DNA of 57,249 bases. It comes from a virus. Lineage: Duplodnaviria; Caudoviricetes. The translations under genes were made by a program, and so were the position numbers. The notes under the pieces were generated by a model that worked only from the letters and a program-made list of their open reading frames with translations, was not told the origin of the DNA and searched no databases. Numbering within the stretch: position 1 is the first letter of the stretch; every line of letters begins with the position of its first letter. This document shows positions 1 to 10,700 of the stretch, in pieces. The stretch lies in the IMG/VR virus record IMGVR_UViG_3300022876_000186, positions 1 through 57,249 of that record; one strand, given 5' to 3'.

Positions 1-183
1 GCGCAGCATCTTGCTCAGGGCCGGCTGGCTGAGGTTCATGCGCGTGGCGGTTGCGTGCATGTTGCGGGTGCGCGCCAGGGTGTCGATCAGCACCAGGTGC
101 TTGTAGCGGATCCAGTTGCAAAAGCTTGCGTGGCTAATTTGCAGCCCTTTAACCACAGGGGCTGCATCGTTTCGGAAAGCCAT
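1..183 (-). CDS. LysR-family transcriptional regulator, N-terminal part (runs off the window edge)
   Basis: Manual translation from ATG 183: MAFRNDAAPVVKGLQISHASFCNWIRYKHLVLIDTLARTRNMHATATRMNLSQPALSKMLR; the AxxMNLSQPALS segment is a LysR winged-HTH signature. True start uncertain. Confidence 0.85.
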   Translation of the reverse strand, partial: MAFRNDAAPVVKGLQISHASFCNWIRYKHLVLIDTLARTRNMHATATRMNLSQPALSKMLR

Positions 184-216
184 CCTTTAGGTCCTATTGG
201 GGCCTGAATGGCTCGA

Positions 217-237
217 TAATGCCAGCTTTATGACAAC
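217..237 (+). repeat. 21-bp direct repeat, left copy (integrase arm-type site or att core)
   Basis: TAATGCCAGCTTTATGACAAC matches 57204-57224 TAATGCCAGCGTTATGACAAC with 1 mismatch. Confidence 0.75.
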
Positions 238-290
238 GCAGCTATTCCAGCCACCGGCGTTCTGCCGACCATTCCCCTTCCTTTATATAG

Positions 291-590
291 CTACTCACAG
301 GCGAAGGGCTTGCCGCTTGCCTTTATCACCTGAGCGCCGCCGGGATGATCCTGCGGATAGTCGCCAAACAAACCCAGCGCCCAGGCTTCCTCGTGCTCCA
401 TCAGCGCCCACATCCTAGCCGCCTCGGCAAGCTCGAGCATGTCGACCAACGCATCATCATCGATGTCCCGGCGCCGGCGCGCAGCATAGGCCATTTCACT
501 GAGCACAGCCGCTCGCCCATCAGGGTCAGTTACCAGGGCAGTATGGTCATTCAGTTCCGCCACCCAGGCCTGTGGTATTCCCGCCATCAT
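291..590 (-). CDS. Hypothetical protein, second gene of a LexA-box operon
   Basis: [16 protein letters not shown]..., start overlaps the stop of 587-880 (ATGA coupling). Confidence 0.7.
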   Translation of the reverse strand: MMAGIPQAWVAELNDHTALVTDPDGRAAVLSEMAYAARRRRDIDDDALVDMLELAEAARMWALMEHEEAWALGLFGDYPQDHPGGAQVIKASGKPFACE

Positions 591-880
591 TCTGCCCTGC
601 ACCACCAGGACTGCGCGTAGAGAACACCGTCGACCTCCTCCACGCCATTGATGTTGATGCCGAGCTGGGCCATCCCGTTGACCTTGGCGTCGTGCAGGCG
701 CGGGATCACGTCAGGCCCAGGCGTCGGATTGAACACCCACGCCTGGGTGGCAACTCGGCCAAGCGGCTCACTTTGGTGGTCGCCGATATGGACATCGGCC
801 CGCAGTGGCTGGACCTTCCTGAGCTGGTCGGCAGGGATGGCCACGCCATTCACGCGGCGACGAACAAGGAGGAAATACAT
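587..880 (-). CDS. Hypothetical protein, LexA-box preceded
   Basis: ORF from ATG 880 ([12 protein letters not shown]...), directly downstream of an SOS box. Confidence 0.75.
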   Translation of the reverse strand: MYFLLVRRRVNGVAIPADQLRKVQPLRADVHIGDHQSEPLGRVATQAWVFNPTPGPDVIPRLHDAKVNGMAQLGININGVEEVDGVLYAQSWWCRAE

Positions 881-890
881 GGGGCACCAA

Positions 891-910
891 TACTGTACAT
901 AGATACAGTA
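891..910. promoter_or_regulatory. LexA (SOS) box
   Basis: TACTGTACATAGATACAGTA = CTGT-N8-ACAG consensus with palindromic flanks. Confidence 0.85.
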
Positions 911-1063
911 TTTCAGCATCAGAAAACTCAATCCCGCTAGTACCACTCAGCGGGAAGGAAATGATGAGGCCGGTTGTAGGAATGGGCTGATTATCTATGG
1001 TTCGCCGCTCAAGCTATGCCCCGCCTGCTACCGTAATTGCTCACTCACAAGGAACCGTGACCC

Positions 1064-1246
1064 ATGGAATACATCACATCCGCCATCAGCCTGCGGAAGC
1101 AGCTCCTAATCCTGAAAACTCTTCGGGACCAGGCTATCGAGAAAAATGACGAAGCCGATGTTGCTCAACTATCCAGCGTGATAACTCGGATTGAAAAGGC
1201 AATGACTGCCTTGCCCAATGACCTACAGCCGCCGACGCTGCACTAG
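1064..1246 (+). CDS. Small antisense moron protein
   Basis: 60-aa ORF with AAGGA RBS, opposite to the lysis genes. Confidence 0.55.
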   Translation: MEYITSAISLRKQLLILKTLRDQAIEKNDEADVAQLSSVITRIEKAMTALPNDLQPPTLH

Positions 1247-1273
1247 CTGAACCTCGTGCTGGCCGGGTGTTGA

Positions 1274-1810
1274 TCAGCGCCCGGCCTTCATTCTGTCGAC
1301 CACCGCCTCGCACGCCAGACCAGCTATTCGGCTTCGCTCAAGCGCTGCTGCGCAGCTGCCCGCCATTCGGTCAGCGTCTTCAAGCAATCCCCCGAGCACC
1401 ACGACGGCAGAGGTTCCTGCCTGGCGCTGCTGGGTAGCGATGGTATCGCAGGTGGCTCGGTGGCCATCCCGCAGTCTGGCGATTTCCCCGCGCAGCCCAC
1501 CAGCAGCAGACTCAGCAGCAGCGGCGCGGCCTTGGGCCAGTTCCAGTTTCTGTCGTGCACTCTCACCCTCCTCGTCCGCCACGGCCTGGCGGCGTTGTTC
1601 TTCGGCCCTAGCCTGGGCCGCGGCGCGCCGGTCGTGCTCGGATACCTCAAGGCGGTAATCGGTCAGGGCTTTGTCTGCCCTGGCAGTTTCCGTCCGCGCA
1701 TCGGCCGCCGCCTCGTCAGCAACCACCACCCGGTACTGCTGCCCGCCGGCGACCAGCACCAGGGCGATCAGCCACCAGCACCAGGCCGGGACCGCGCCGA
1801 GCCAATTCAT
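1274..1810 (-). CDS. Rz-like inner-membrane spanin (DUF2514-like)
   Basis: N-terminal TM helix, long Ala-rich coiled coil, immediately after the endolysin. Confidence 0.85.
   Translation of the reverse strand: MNWLGAVPAWCWWLIALVLVAGGQQYRVVVADEAAADARTETARADKALTDYRLEVSEHDRRAAAQARAEEQRRQAVADEEGESARQKLELAQGRAAAAESAAGGLRGEIARLRDGHRATCDTIATQQRQAGTSAVVVLGGLLEDADRMAGSCAAALERSRIAGLACEAVVDRMKAGR
1324..1560 (-). CDS. Rz1-like outer-membrane lipoprotein spanin embedded in Rz
   Basis: Alternate frame with lipobox LLLVGC, Pro-rich body; GTG start at 1560 after GAGGAGG. Confidence 0.75.
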   Translation of the reverse strand: MHDRNWNWPKAAPLLLSLLLVGCAGKSPDCGMATEPPAIPSLPSSARQEPLPSWCSGDCLKTLTEWRAAAQQRLSEAE

Positions 1811-2253
1811 GCCAGCGCCCGCCGCACGCCTTCATTGATGATTGCATCGGGGTACGGATTCCCGCCGTTCTCGTGGATGATGATGCTGAGCACCATCCCG
1901 CGCAGGGTGGCAGGGTCCTTGATATTGATCGGGTCGGTGGTGCTCACGCCCAGACGCTTTGCCAAGGCTGAAGCGTAGGCTTGGGTATCGTTCTCGTTGC
2001 TCGGCGCCCAGCGGTTGATGGTCTCGAGCACCGTATCGATGCCCTTCCCGCCCACGCCGGGCATGCCGTCCTTGCCTCGGTAGTTGATCAGCAGCTTGCC
2101 CAAGGCGCGGATGCCGTTTTCGGGATGGTCGAAGCGAGCGAATCGCGGTTTGGCTACTCCCTCTTCCAGGCCCAGCTGGCCTTGCCAAGCGTTACGGGGA
2201 TTGAAATCAATGTTGCCGGGGTTGTTGTTCCGGACGCCGCGCGGTGTGGTCAT
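1807..2253 (-). CDS. Endolysin (lysozyme-like, RNNNPGNI family)
   Basis: RGVRNNNPGNI and RWAPxxEN motifs; adjacent to spanins. Confidence 0.8.
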   Translation of the reverse strand: MTTPRGVRNNNPGNIDFNPRNAWQGQLGLEEGVAKPRFARFDHPENGIRALGKLLINYRGKDGMPGVGGKGIDTVLETINRWAPSNENDTQAYASALAKRLGVSTTDPINIKDPATLRGMVLSIIIHENGGNPYPDAIINEGVRRALA

Positions 2254-2270
2254 AGGTTTTCTCCAGGCAC

Positions 2271-2295
2271 AAAAAAGCCCGCACCGGGGCGGGCT
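2271..2295 (-). terminator. Intrinsic terminator-like hairpin
   Basis: AGCCCGC-loop-GCGGGCT followed by a U-tract on the minus strand. Confidence 0.6.
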
Positions 2296-2311
2296 GGGAT
2301 AGTTGTAAGGG

Positions 2312-2542
2312 TCAAGCGGCGGGTTCTTCGGGCGCTGGCGCGGCCTCGGGCTCAGCCGGCTCTTTCGCAGTGATCGAAACCTTGGCGCTGTAATCCTTCA
2401 GCACCTGGGCGGTGAACACCTGCGCAGTAGGAAACTGGTTCAGGACCGCTCGAGCGCGAGCATCGGCTTCTTCCTGAGTGGCGAAGCGGGTGTTGTTCTC
2501 GGCGTCGTAGGCGTTGGTGAGATTGATGGCGATGAAAGGCAT
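2312..2542 (-). CDS. Hypothetical protein
   Basis: 76-aa ORF with GGAG RBS between tail fibre assembly and endolysin genes. Confidence 0.7.
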   Translation of the reverse strand: MPFIAINLTNAYDAENNTRFATQEEADARARAVLNQFPTAQVFTAQVLKDYSAKVSITAKEPAEPEAAPAPEEPAA

Positions 2543-2603
2543 GGTGTTCTCCAGGCAAAAAAATACCGCCGGTGGCGGTTGGATTTGGGGGGGAGGCGCT
2601 GGA

Positions 2604-3206
2604 TCAGGCCGGCAGTGCTGGCCAGTCGATCGCGCTGGGGTAGTCGGGTTGATCCTGCAGGCGGTTGAGCGATACGCGGTAGCGCTTCCAAGCTATTAAG
2701 GCTTCCGCCTCAGCCGGGGTCGCGTCATCCAGGTCCACTGCATCCTGCAGCGGGGCGATGGCCAGGTCGGCCGCCGCCCGGCGTTGGGCAATCTCGGCCA
2801 TGGCCGTCGTCCGCAGTTGCTCAATAGCGGCTTGGGTCTTGTCCTCAGCGGTGACTACCTGGCTCCAATCGATGGCCGCATAGCCCTGAGCAGGCGCGGG
2901 CTGTTCTGCGTCAGGGATCGGCAGCTCGACCAAGCCATCAGCCGGTGTCACGATATCCGCTGGATATCGCGCCGCCTGGTCCGCTTCGTCAGGAATAGGT
3001 AAGAGCAGTGTAAGTACCAGATCGCCACCAATACGCTCCACCGGTGAAACGATCCATTCGGTCCCAGTAGCGGCGGCAGGCAGCGTGGCGCCTTCTGGCA
3101 GCTGGGTGAAGTCCAGCGTCAAGCCATTGATTGTCAGGCTGTCGCCCTGCTTGTAGACGGTTAGCGCCTGCCCCAGGAAGAACACGGGGGATAGTTGCAG
3201 CCTCAT
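2604..3206 (-). CDS. Tail fibre assembly (Tfa-like) protein
   Basis: C-terminal IAPLQDAVDL...AWKRYRVxLNR...IDWP motif typical of Tfa chaperones. Confidence 0.85.
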   Translation of the reverse strand: MRLQLSPVFFLGQALTVYKQGDSLTINGLTLDFTQLPEGATLPAAATGTEWIVSPVERIGGDLVLTLLLPIPDEADQAARYPADIVTPADGLVELPIPDAEQPAPAQGYAAIDWSQVVTAEDKTQAAIEQLRTTAMAEIAQRRAAADLAIAPLQDAVDLDDATPAEAEALIAWKRYRVSLNRLQDQPDYPSAIDWPALPA

Positions 3207-3727
3207 CAGTACCACCTCCCGGTAGCAGTCCACCCTACATAGCACGATTGACCAGGCGACCATGCGCCCTCAATCAGCATCCCGGAATTGCTGGTCGCGC
3301 AGCCACTGAGCCGGTTGATCTGAACACTGTTGTTCGAAACGGGGTAAGCCATGGTGACCTGCGTCGAAATCTTCGGGTTAGCTGTGCTGACAAAACCAGT
3401 GAATGCTGCCGGGAACGTGATGCCTACACTGGTCGGCGCAAGCGACGCTCCGTTATGGGTCATGTTGGCCATCCCCCAGCAGATTTGAGTGCCATCTGCA
3501 AAGCGGATGAATTCACCATTGGCATTGCTGCCCCGTTGCAGCACGGCGCCAGTCGGAACTCCGGAGGCCTGTCCTACCGAACCAACGATATTGGCTCTGT
3601 TGAAGGCAGTTGCAATGAAGTTGTAGAGCTCATCGAAGTTGGCGATCGCCTTCAGCCACGCGCTGCGACGGTCATCCCCACCAGCGCCGGTGGGCGCTGT
3701 CCCGAGGTTGATTGTTTGTTTTGCCAT
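3206..3727 (-). CDS. Short tail fibre protein
   Basis: NANGEFIRFADGTQICWG (gp53-like fibre motif); upstream of Tfa. Confidence 0.75.
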   Translation of the reverse strand: MAKQTINLGTAPTGAGGDDRRSAWLKAIANFDELYNFIATAFNRANIVGSVGQASGVPTGAVLQRGSNANGEFIRFADGTQICWGMANMTHNGASLAPTSVGITFPAAFTGFVSTANPKISTQVTMAYPVSNNSVQINRLSGCATSNSGMLIEGAWSPGQSCYVGWTATGRWY

Positions 3728-3736
3728 AGTAGGTCC

Positions 3737-4792
3737 TTAAAGCGGCTTCATTGGCCGGGAGGCAAACAGCGTTCGCCCGTTGGCTGTGAGTGGATTGATC
3801 CCAGAGGCGTTGTCGCAATACATCTGCAACAACGACCTATTGCCTGGAAGGAAACCTCCGAAGTTGGCTCGGAACGGCTGGGCCGTCTGTTCAATATTGG
3901 TTACCGAGAACAGCGCATTAGCCAACACATAGTCCTCGTAGCTACCCGTCCACGGCATCTGCTGGCTCGGCGCATAGTAGGCACCGCCTGTGATGGGATT
4001 CCCTGCCTGGATAAACTGGTTGCTGGCCGGTTGGCCGTTTAAAAGCGCCAAGTTCGCCGATGTCACAAAGGTTCGCGCTCCGGAAGCGTCCCTCACTGAA
4101 GCCCCATAGATACCCGCCGAAACAGCAGGTGTTTGGTAACTGGCGCAGAACCACTTGATATTCATCGGGTACAGCGCTACTTCACCGTGAGCCACTTGGT
4201 TGTTGTAGGCCTTGAGCCGGAATCCGGTCCAGTTCCCCGGGGACCCTTTGACGTAAAAGTTCCCCACCATCATATAGTCCTCGGCATTCAGAAATATCAG
4301 TGGCCGCTCATACGTGGTGATGGGGATCGGAAATGTCACATCCCCCCACTGGATCTGATTACCGCTACCAGGTCCCTGAAAACCGATATTGAAGCCCCCA
4401 TTGGAGTGGACGGTCAGCACCTTGTTGATGGCGTCAATTTGCGTTCGAATGCCGTTGTTAGCCGCCCTGATGCCGTATGATCCGGAAGCCGCGAATGGCT
4501 CACCGCCCTGGGAGAGAATCATCACCTGCCATGTCCGCGTGCCGGGCTGCCTTAGTTGCAACTGCCCCGCGGAGTACCAAGCTTGTGGAGAGAAGGTGTT
4601 TTCACCGGCGTCAAACAGCGCATCCACCACCACAAACGACTGGGCCTGAATCTCGGGAATAGCTATGTATTGGTCGAACGCGCCATTGCCAGCGACCTGC
4701 ATCATTTTCAACGAGCGCACGGAGGTGATCGTTGTGTCCAGCGTAATGGCCCCGGCCGCATCCCTCGTCCGGAGCCCATACAAATCAGCCAT
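3737..4792 (-). CDS. Tail tip-associated protein
   Basis: Repeated YGLRxxD-type segments; directly follows J. Confidence 0.7.
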   Translation of the reverse strand: MADLYGLRTRDAAGAITLDTTITSVRSLKMMQVAGNGAFDQYIAIPEIQAQSFVVVDALFDAGENTFSPQAWYSAGQLQLRQPGTRTWQVMILSQGGEPFAASGSYGIRAANNGIRTQIDAINKVLTVHSNGGFNIGFQGPGSGNQIQWGDVTFPIPITTYERPLIFLNAEDYMMVGNFYVKGSPGNWTGFRLKAYNNQVAHGEVALYPMNIKWFCASYQTPAVSAGIYGASVRDASGARTFVTSANLALLNGQPASNQFIQAGNPITGGAYYAPSQQMPWTGSYEDYVLANALFSVTNIEQTAQPFRANFGGFLPGNRSLLQMYCDNASGINPLTANGRTLFASRPMKPL

Positions 4793-7700
4793 CAGGTAAG
4801 CCTCCCTACTGCTGTACGCTCGGTGCCATTGGCGTCGTACACGTACAGGCCGCCGTTGTTGAGCAGTGTCGAGCCGTTGGCGTCCTGGCCGCGCACAGTG
4901 AACGATCCTGAAGCCAGATTGATTTCGATCAGTGGCAGCCCCTGCGAGTTGACCGCCTGGGACCGAAGCGTCATACCCACAACCAGACTCTGGATGAACG
5001 CTTGGTTGATCAATGCAGAGTTCAAGAACAGCTGGCCATCCTGGAACACGAACAAACTCGACTCTGGCCCGTTCAACCCGTTGATGATTGCCACACGGTC
5101 GGCCGACAGCAGGATCTCCCCAACCGCCCCATCACTTCCTTGGATGATGCCGGTGGCCACCTTCTTACCATTGGCATTGGTCTCGGTCTTCCAGGAAGAC
5201 ATGGCCGACACCCTGCCATCAACACCTGCAACCACTTCACTGACCTGCTGCACCGAAGCATTGGTCTGGCCCATCTGCGCCTGGACAGTTTCAACTTGCC
5301 GCCCAATGGCAATACCATCCTCGATCCGAGCCGACTGCTCAGTCCACACCCCCACCAGACCACCCGTGGCGCCGGCCAGACTGGTGCTGTCGCCTTCCAT
5401 TTCCGGGTTCACCTGGACATACAGCCCGTCCAAGCGGGTGGCGGCCGCCGTGATCGCCGTGCCCTGCTGCTTGACCGTCGTGTCCATCTGGCTGATGGCC
5501 GCTGCCTGGGCACTGTTCACGCCTTCGGCATCGGTCATGCGATTGGTCAGGCTCAGCAGCGATTGCCCTTGGCTGGTAAGCGTCGTGCCCTGCTGCGTCA
5601 CCGTGGTGCCCAGGGTGCTGATCGCTTCGCCGTTGGCCGCATCAGCTGCGGTTACCCGGCGGGCAACGATGTTGCACCACAGCGCACGCCCGGTACCGTC
5701 TGCTGGCTGGATCCGCGTGACGAAGCGCGCCGATACAGCTGCTGCCGGCGCCGTGAGTCGCCCGGAGAACGTCTGGAAGCCGCCGCCCGCCGAGAAGGTA
5801 AAGGCGTTGAAGTAGCCCAGGTTGGTGTCCGTCTTGTCGAAGAACTGCACCTGGAAGTTGCCGGTCTGCCCTGCCGTCATGTAGGCGCGGTACACATCCG
5901 CCGACAAGTCCAGCTGCTCGCCTCCCGAGATGATGAATCGCCCGGTACCGCAGAAGCTGTTGGCATAGAAAGCAATCGCCTTGCCCGCGGACGGGTGCGC
6001 CGTCAATCCCGCAATGCCCGGGTTACCCGTCCATGGATCGACCAGACCGTCCTCGAACGTGCCGCGCAGCACCAGGTTGTCCGGCTGCTGGCTTAGGGAA
6101 GCCTTCAGCTGGGTTAACGAGGTGCCCTGGCTGTTGATCGTGTTGCCTTGACTGGTGACCGTCGACTGCAAGGTTTGCAGCGCCGATGCATCCGCCTTGG
6201 AGGCCAGTTGCGTCAGCGCTGACTGTGCTGCTGCGGCGGCATCCGTGGCCACCTTGTCGGTCACAGCCACCCAAGCAGTACCGTTCCAACGTTTTGGGGT
6301 ATTGCCGTTGTTGGTGGTATCGATCCACAGGTTTTCCGCTTGCCGGTCAGCAACGGCCGGCGTGGCGAAAAGCACCTTGCCTTTGCCACCCGCCAGATCA
6401 GCAGCCGCCTGCGCCGCCTGTTGGGCGGTGGTGACGTTGCCGTTGGTGGTTTGCAAGCTGTTGCTCAAGGTGGTGACAGCAGCGCTGGTCGAGGACAAGC
6501 CGCTCTCAGTCTGCGTCACCCGAACATCCAGGGCCTGTTGGGCGGCCGCCAGTGCACCTGCTGCCCGCGCCGTCGGCCCCGCCACGAATGGCGACGGGGT
6601 GTTGCTCTCGCCCACTCGCTTCTCGACCATGATCGAGTCCACCACGATCGCAGCGCTCGCGGCGTTGTGGCGGTTCGGGTAGATCAGCAGGCCGACTTTG
6701 GAGCTGCCGGTGATCGTGATGACGAAAGTCAGCCTCTGGCGGTCGGTGGTGTAGTTCAGCGTGGCCGAGCGGGAGGTGACGCCGTCGTACAGGTTGGCCA
6801 TGATCTGGCCGGCCGTGTCTCCTTTGACATTCATCGACACCAGGTAGGTACCAGCTTCCACTCGCATGTTGAACCCGGCGGCGCTGTTCGACGACGCCAA
6901 GGTCACGTAGGCGAAGATGTTGTTCGCCTCCGTGGTTACCAGGCGCAGGCCGAACCCGGAGTCGGCTTCCGGTACAGCCACACCAGCGCGGGTAAGCAAC
7001 TGGCCGCTGAGCGGCGGCAGCGTCGTCGAGGCCAGCCAGCTGTACGCGCTGTCGAGCAAGTTGGCCCCATTGCCTGCCAGACTGCCGATCGACGCCTGCA
7101 GCCCGGTGAGCGCATTACCCTGGCTGGTCAGCGTATTGCCCTGACTGGTCACGGTGTTACTCAACGTCTGTAGCGCGGCAGCCTCCGCTTTGGTCGCCAC
7201 CTGCGCCAAGGCGCTGGCAGCCGCCGCCGCTGCGTCTGTTGCCGCCTTGTCCGTCACGGCCACCCAAGCGGTGCCGTTCCAGCGCTTCGGGGTGTTGGCG
7301 TTGTTAGTGGTATCGATCCACAGGTTCTCCGCCTTCCGGTCAGCTACGGCCGGCGTTGAGAAAAGCACCTTGCCTTTACCACCCGCCAGGTCGGCCGCTG
7401 CCTGAGCCGCTTGTTGAGCCGTCGTGACGTTCCCATTAGTGGTCTGCAGGCCACTGTTCAGCTGGGTGATGCTCACGCCTTGGCTGCTCAGGGTGTTGCC
7501 CTGGCTAGTGACCGTGTTGCTCAGAGTCTGCAAGGCCGAAGCGTCTGCCTTGCCCTGCGCAACACTCTGCAGGTCGTTGTTCAGCTGGGTCAGGGCCTGG
7601 CCATGGCTGGTCAGTGTGGTGCCCTGCTGGGTGACCGTGCTGCTGAGGTTGCTTACCGCTTCAGCATTGGCCGCGTCAGCCGCCGTCACCCGGCGCGCCA

Positions 7701-10700
7701 GGATGTTGCACCACAGTGAGCGGCCGGTACCGTCCGCCGGCTCAGTCCGCGTCACGAATCGGGCCGAGACCGCCCCCTCCGGCGCAGTGATGCGGCCGGT
7801 GGAGGTTTTGAAGCCGCCAGTCCCTGCCGGCACCGTGAACGCAGTGAAGTATCCGAGGTTGTTGTTGGCCTTGTCGTAGAACTGCATCTGCAAGCGGGTG
7901 GTCTGTCCCGCCGTCATGTAGTTCGGCCAGATATCGGCCGCTAGGTCGAATTGCTCACCGCCCTTGGTCAGGACGTTGAATCCCACACCGCAGAAGCTGT
8001 TGTCGTAGAACGAGATACCCTTCCCGGCCGAAGGATGCGCCGAGATATTGGTGATGCCTGGGTTGTTCGTCCATGGATCGACCAATCCATCCTCGAAGCT
8101 GCCGCGAAGGATCAAGTTGTCAGGCTGCTGCCCGATCGAGGCCTTGAGCTGGGTGAGCGCCGTACCTTGACTGGTCAGGGTGGTGCCCTGGCTGGTCACA
8201 GTCGAGTTAAGCGCCTGAAGCGCCGAGGCATCGGCCTTCTTCGCCACCTGCGCCAGCGCGCTGGCAGCGGCAGCAGCGGCATCCGTTGCCGCCTTGTCCG
8301 TCACAGCCACCCAAGCGGTGCCGTTCCAGCGCTTCGGGGTGTTGGCGTTGTTAGTGGTATCGATCCACAGGTTCTCCGCCTTCCGGTCAGCTACGGCCGG
8401 TGTTGAAAAAAGCACCTTGCCTTTGCCACCCGCCAGGTCGGCCGCTGCCTGAGCCGCTTGTTGAGCTGTCGTGACGTTGCCGTTGGTGGTCTGCAGGCTG
8501 CTGTTGAGCTCGGTGATGCTGTTGCCCTGGCTCGACAGAGTGGTGCCCTGGTTGGTCACCGTAGTACTAAGCGCCTGCAGCGCCGAAGCGTCGGCTTTGC
8601 CAGCCAGCTGCGACAGTGCCGACTGTGCAGCCGCAGCAGCATCCGTGGCCACCTTGTCCGTGACAGCCGCCCAGGCGGTACCGTTCCAGCGTTTTGGGGT
8701 GTTGGAGTTGTTGGTGGTATCGATCCACAGGTTCTGTTCCAGGCGGTCGGCAGCGGCCGGTGCAGTCTCCTGCACCAGCACCTTGCCTTTGCCACCCGCC
8801 AGCGTGGCCGCGTCCTGGGCGGCCTGCTGGGCGGCGGTGACGTTCTGGTTGGTAGTGGTCAGGCTGCTGCCCAGCGCGGTGACGGCAGAGGCGTTCGCCT
8901 CATCGCCACTGATCCGGGCGGTACGCTCATCCACAACCGAAGCGACCGACGCCGACGGCGCGATCTGGCCAACAGCGATCCAGTCGATTTCGAAGACATC
9001 ACCCGCAGTGCCGCTGATCCACAGGTAGAACCTGGTGATCGTGCTGTCCGACCAGTCGCTGCCGCCATTGGTCAGCTGCGACATGTCCCACTCGAGCACC
9101 ATGGTCTGCCCGACCGCCAGGCCAGGGTTCGGGATGATCTTGTTGTACGCGGTCGACGAACCGTGCCCGGCCGTGGCGTAGGACACTTGGCCAGTCCAGC
9201 CGGTACCCGCGCGCCGGGTGATCCGGCAGCGGAGGCGGTCATGGTCCCGACCCTTAATCGCCACCAGCGGCGAATTGAGGTAAGCCCCAGCGCTGTCGTT
9301 GGTCACGATCAGCCGACCATTTTCGACGGTGAGCGTGCAGCGAGTGCCAGACCAGCCCTCTACGCTCGAGGCAAAGCCGTAGTTCAGCGTCGAGTCAAAC
9401 CCGCCAGACTCGGCGCGCAGGCTAGCGATCTGCGAAGCCATGGCGGCGTCGGCGGTGGTCCGCGCAGTAGTCTCGTTGCTGATCGCGGCAGCGTTGGAAG
9501 CTGTGTTGGCCGCCACGATGGCAATGCTCTCACCAAGCGCCGAATCGGCATTGGCCCGGGTAGTGGCCTCCGTCTGGATCGCCGCGGCATTGTTGCCAGC
9601 CGAAGCCGTGACGGTTTCGATCTTCTGGCTCAGCGATTCATCTGCCGACTGACGAGCCTGCGCTTCGCTGGTGATCGCCGCGCCGCGCGCCTGGGCCTCC
9701 GACAGCAAGCCCTGGGCACGGGCAGCAGACTCATCGCCGATCGCCTTGGTCCGCGCCTGGGTTTCGACTGCGATCGCCTTGTTGCGCTCGACCTCCTCAG
9801 CGGCGATCGCCTGGTTGCGAGCCGACGTTTCAGCCGCGATGGCCTGACCCCGGGCGGTGGCCTCGGCCGCAATGGCTTGCCCGCGAGCAGTTGCCTCTGC
9901 AGCAAGGCGCTGAGCAACTGAGCCGGCCTGGGTCGGCGGCCCCGAGATCAGCGAGATCTCCTCCCGAAGCGCGGGGTACAAGGCGCCATTGCTGATCTTG
10001 TCCTTGAAGTACTCCTCATATTCGGACTGGTCGCTGCTGGACTGCCCGTTTACCCCGACGCCCGCCGGATACCAAGGCCCCACATTGCCACTGCGGTCCA
10101 CCAGGCGAGCCCAGTAGTAGAAAGAAACACCCGCAGCCAGACCATGAATTTCGTGCTCGGCCTGCGGATAGGAATAGTCGCCCAGCTTGGCGGCATCATC
10201 ACGCAAGGTCGTCGGGCTCTGCCAGATCTCCGTGCGCTGGGTATCTTCCGCGCCAGCTGGGAACGCCCAGTTCAGCCGTGTGCCATAAACCAGAGGCGTG
10301 GCCGAAAGCGATGCAACTGCCGGAGGCAGTCCGACCTTCCCTTTCAGCTCGGTGAGACTGGAGTCGCGCCAGATCGACGTGATGTCGAATGAGCTAACCG
10401 CGCGCACGCGAGCCAGATAGGCACCAGCGTAGATACCCACCACATCAACAGATGCAGCGCCGGTGCGCTGCACGCGGACCCAGTTGCCGTTGTCCTTACG
10501 CCACTCGACGTCATAGGCCACGGCCCCCTGCACTGCGGGCCATGCGATGGTCATGGTGTTGACCCCAATTCCCTGGTCCACGGCGTAAACCGAGGTCAGG
10601 GTAACGCTGGCCGGTGGCAGGACGGTCGTCACAGGTATGACGCTGATCGGACGCTCATCCAGCTTGGCGCCTGTATCGATCGCCGCAAACTTGCTCGGAT

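Noticed and set aside
1274-2253. Separation of endolysin/spanins from the holin as a rearrangement
   Set aside because: Split lysis cassettes are common in Pseudomonas lambdoid prophages.
6180-8860. J repeats as DGR template/variable repeats or a shufflon
   Set aside because: No reverse transcriptase or invertase in the window; repeats are in-frame and direct, and differences look mostly synonymous rather than adenine-specific.
4556-9921. Several long plus-strand ORFs opposite J
   Set aside because: Shadow ORFs of the Ala/Thr-rich J gene; no RBS or domain signatures.
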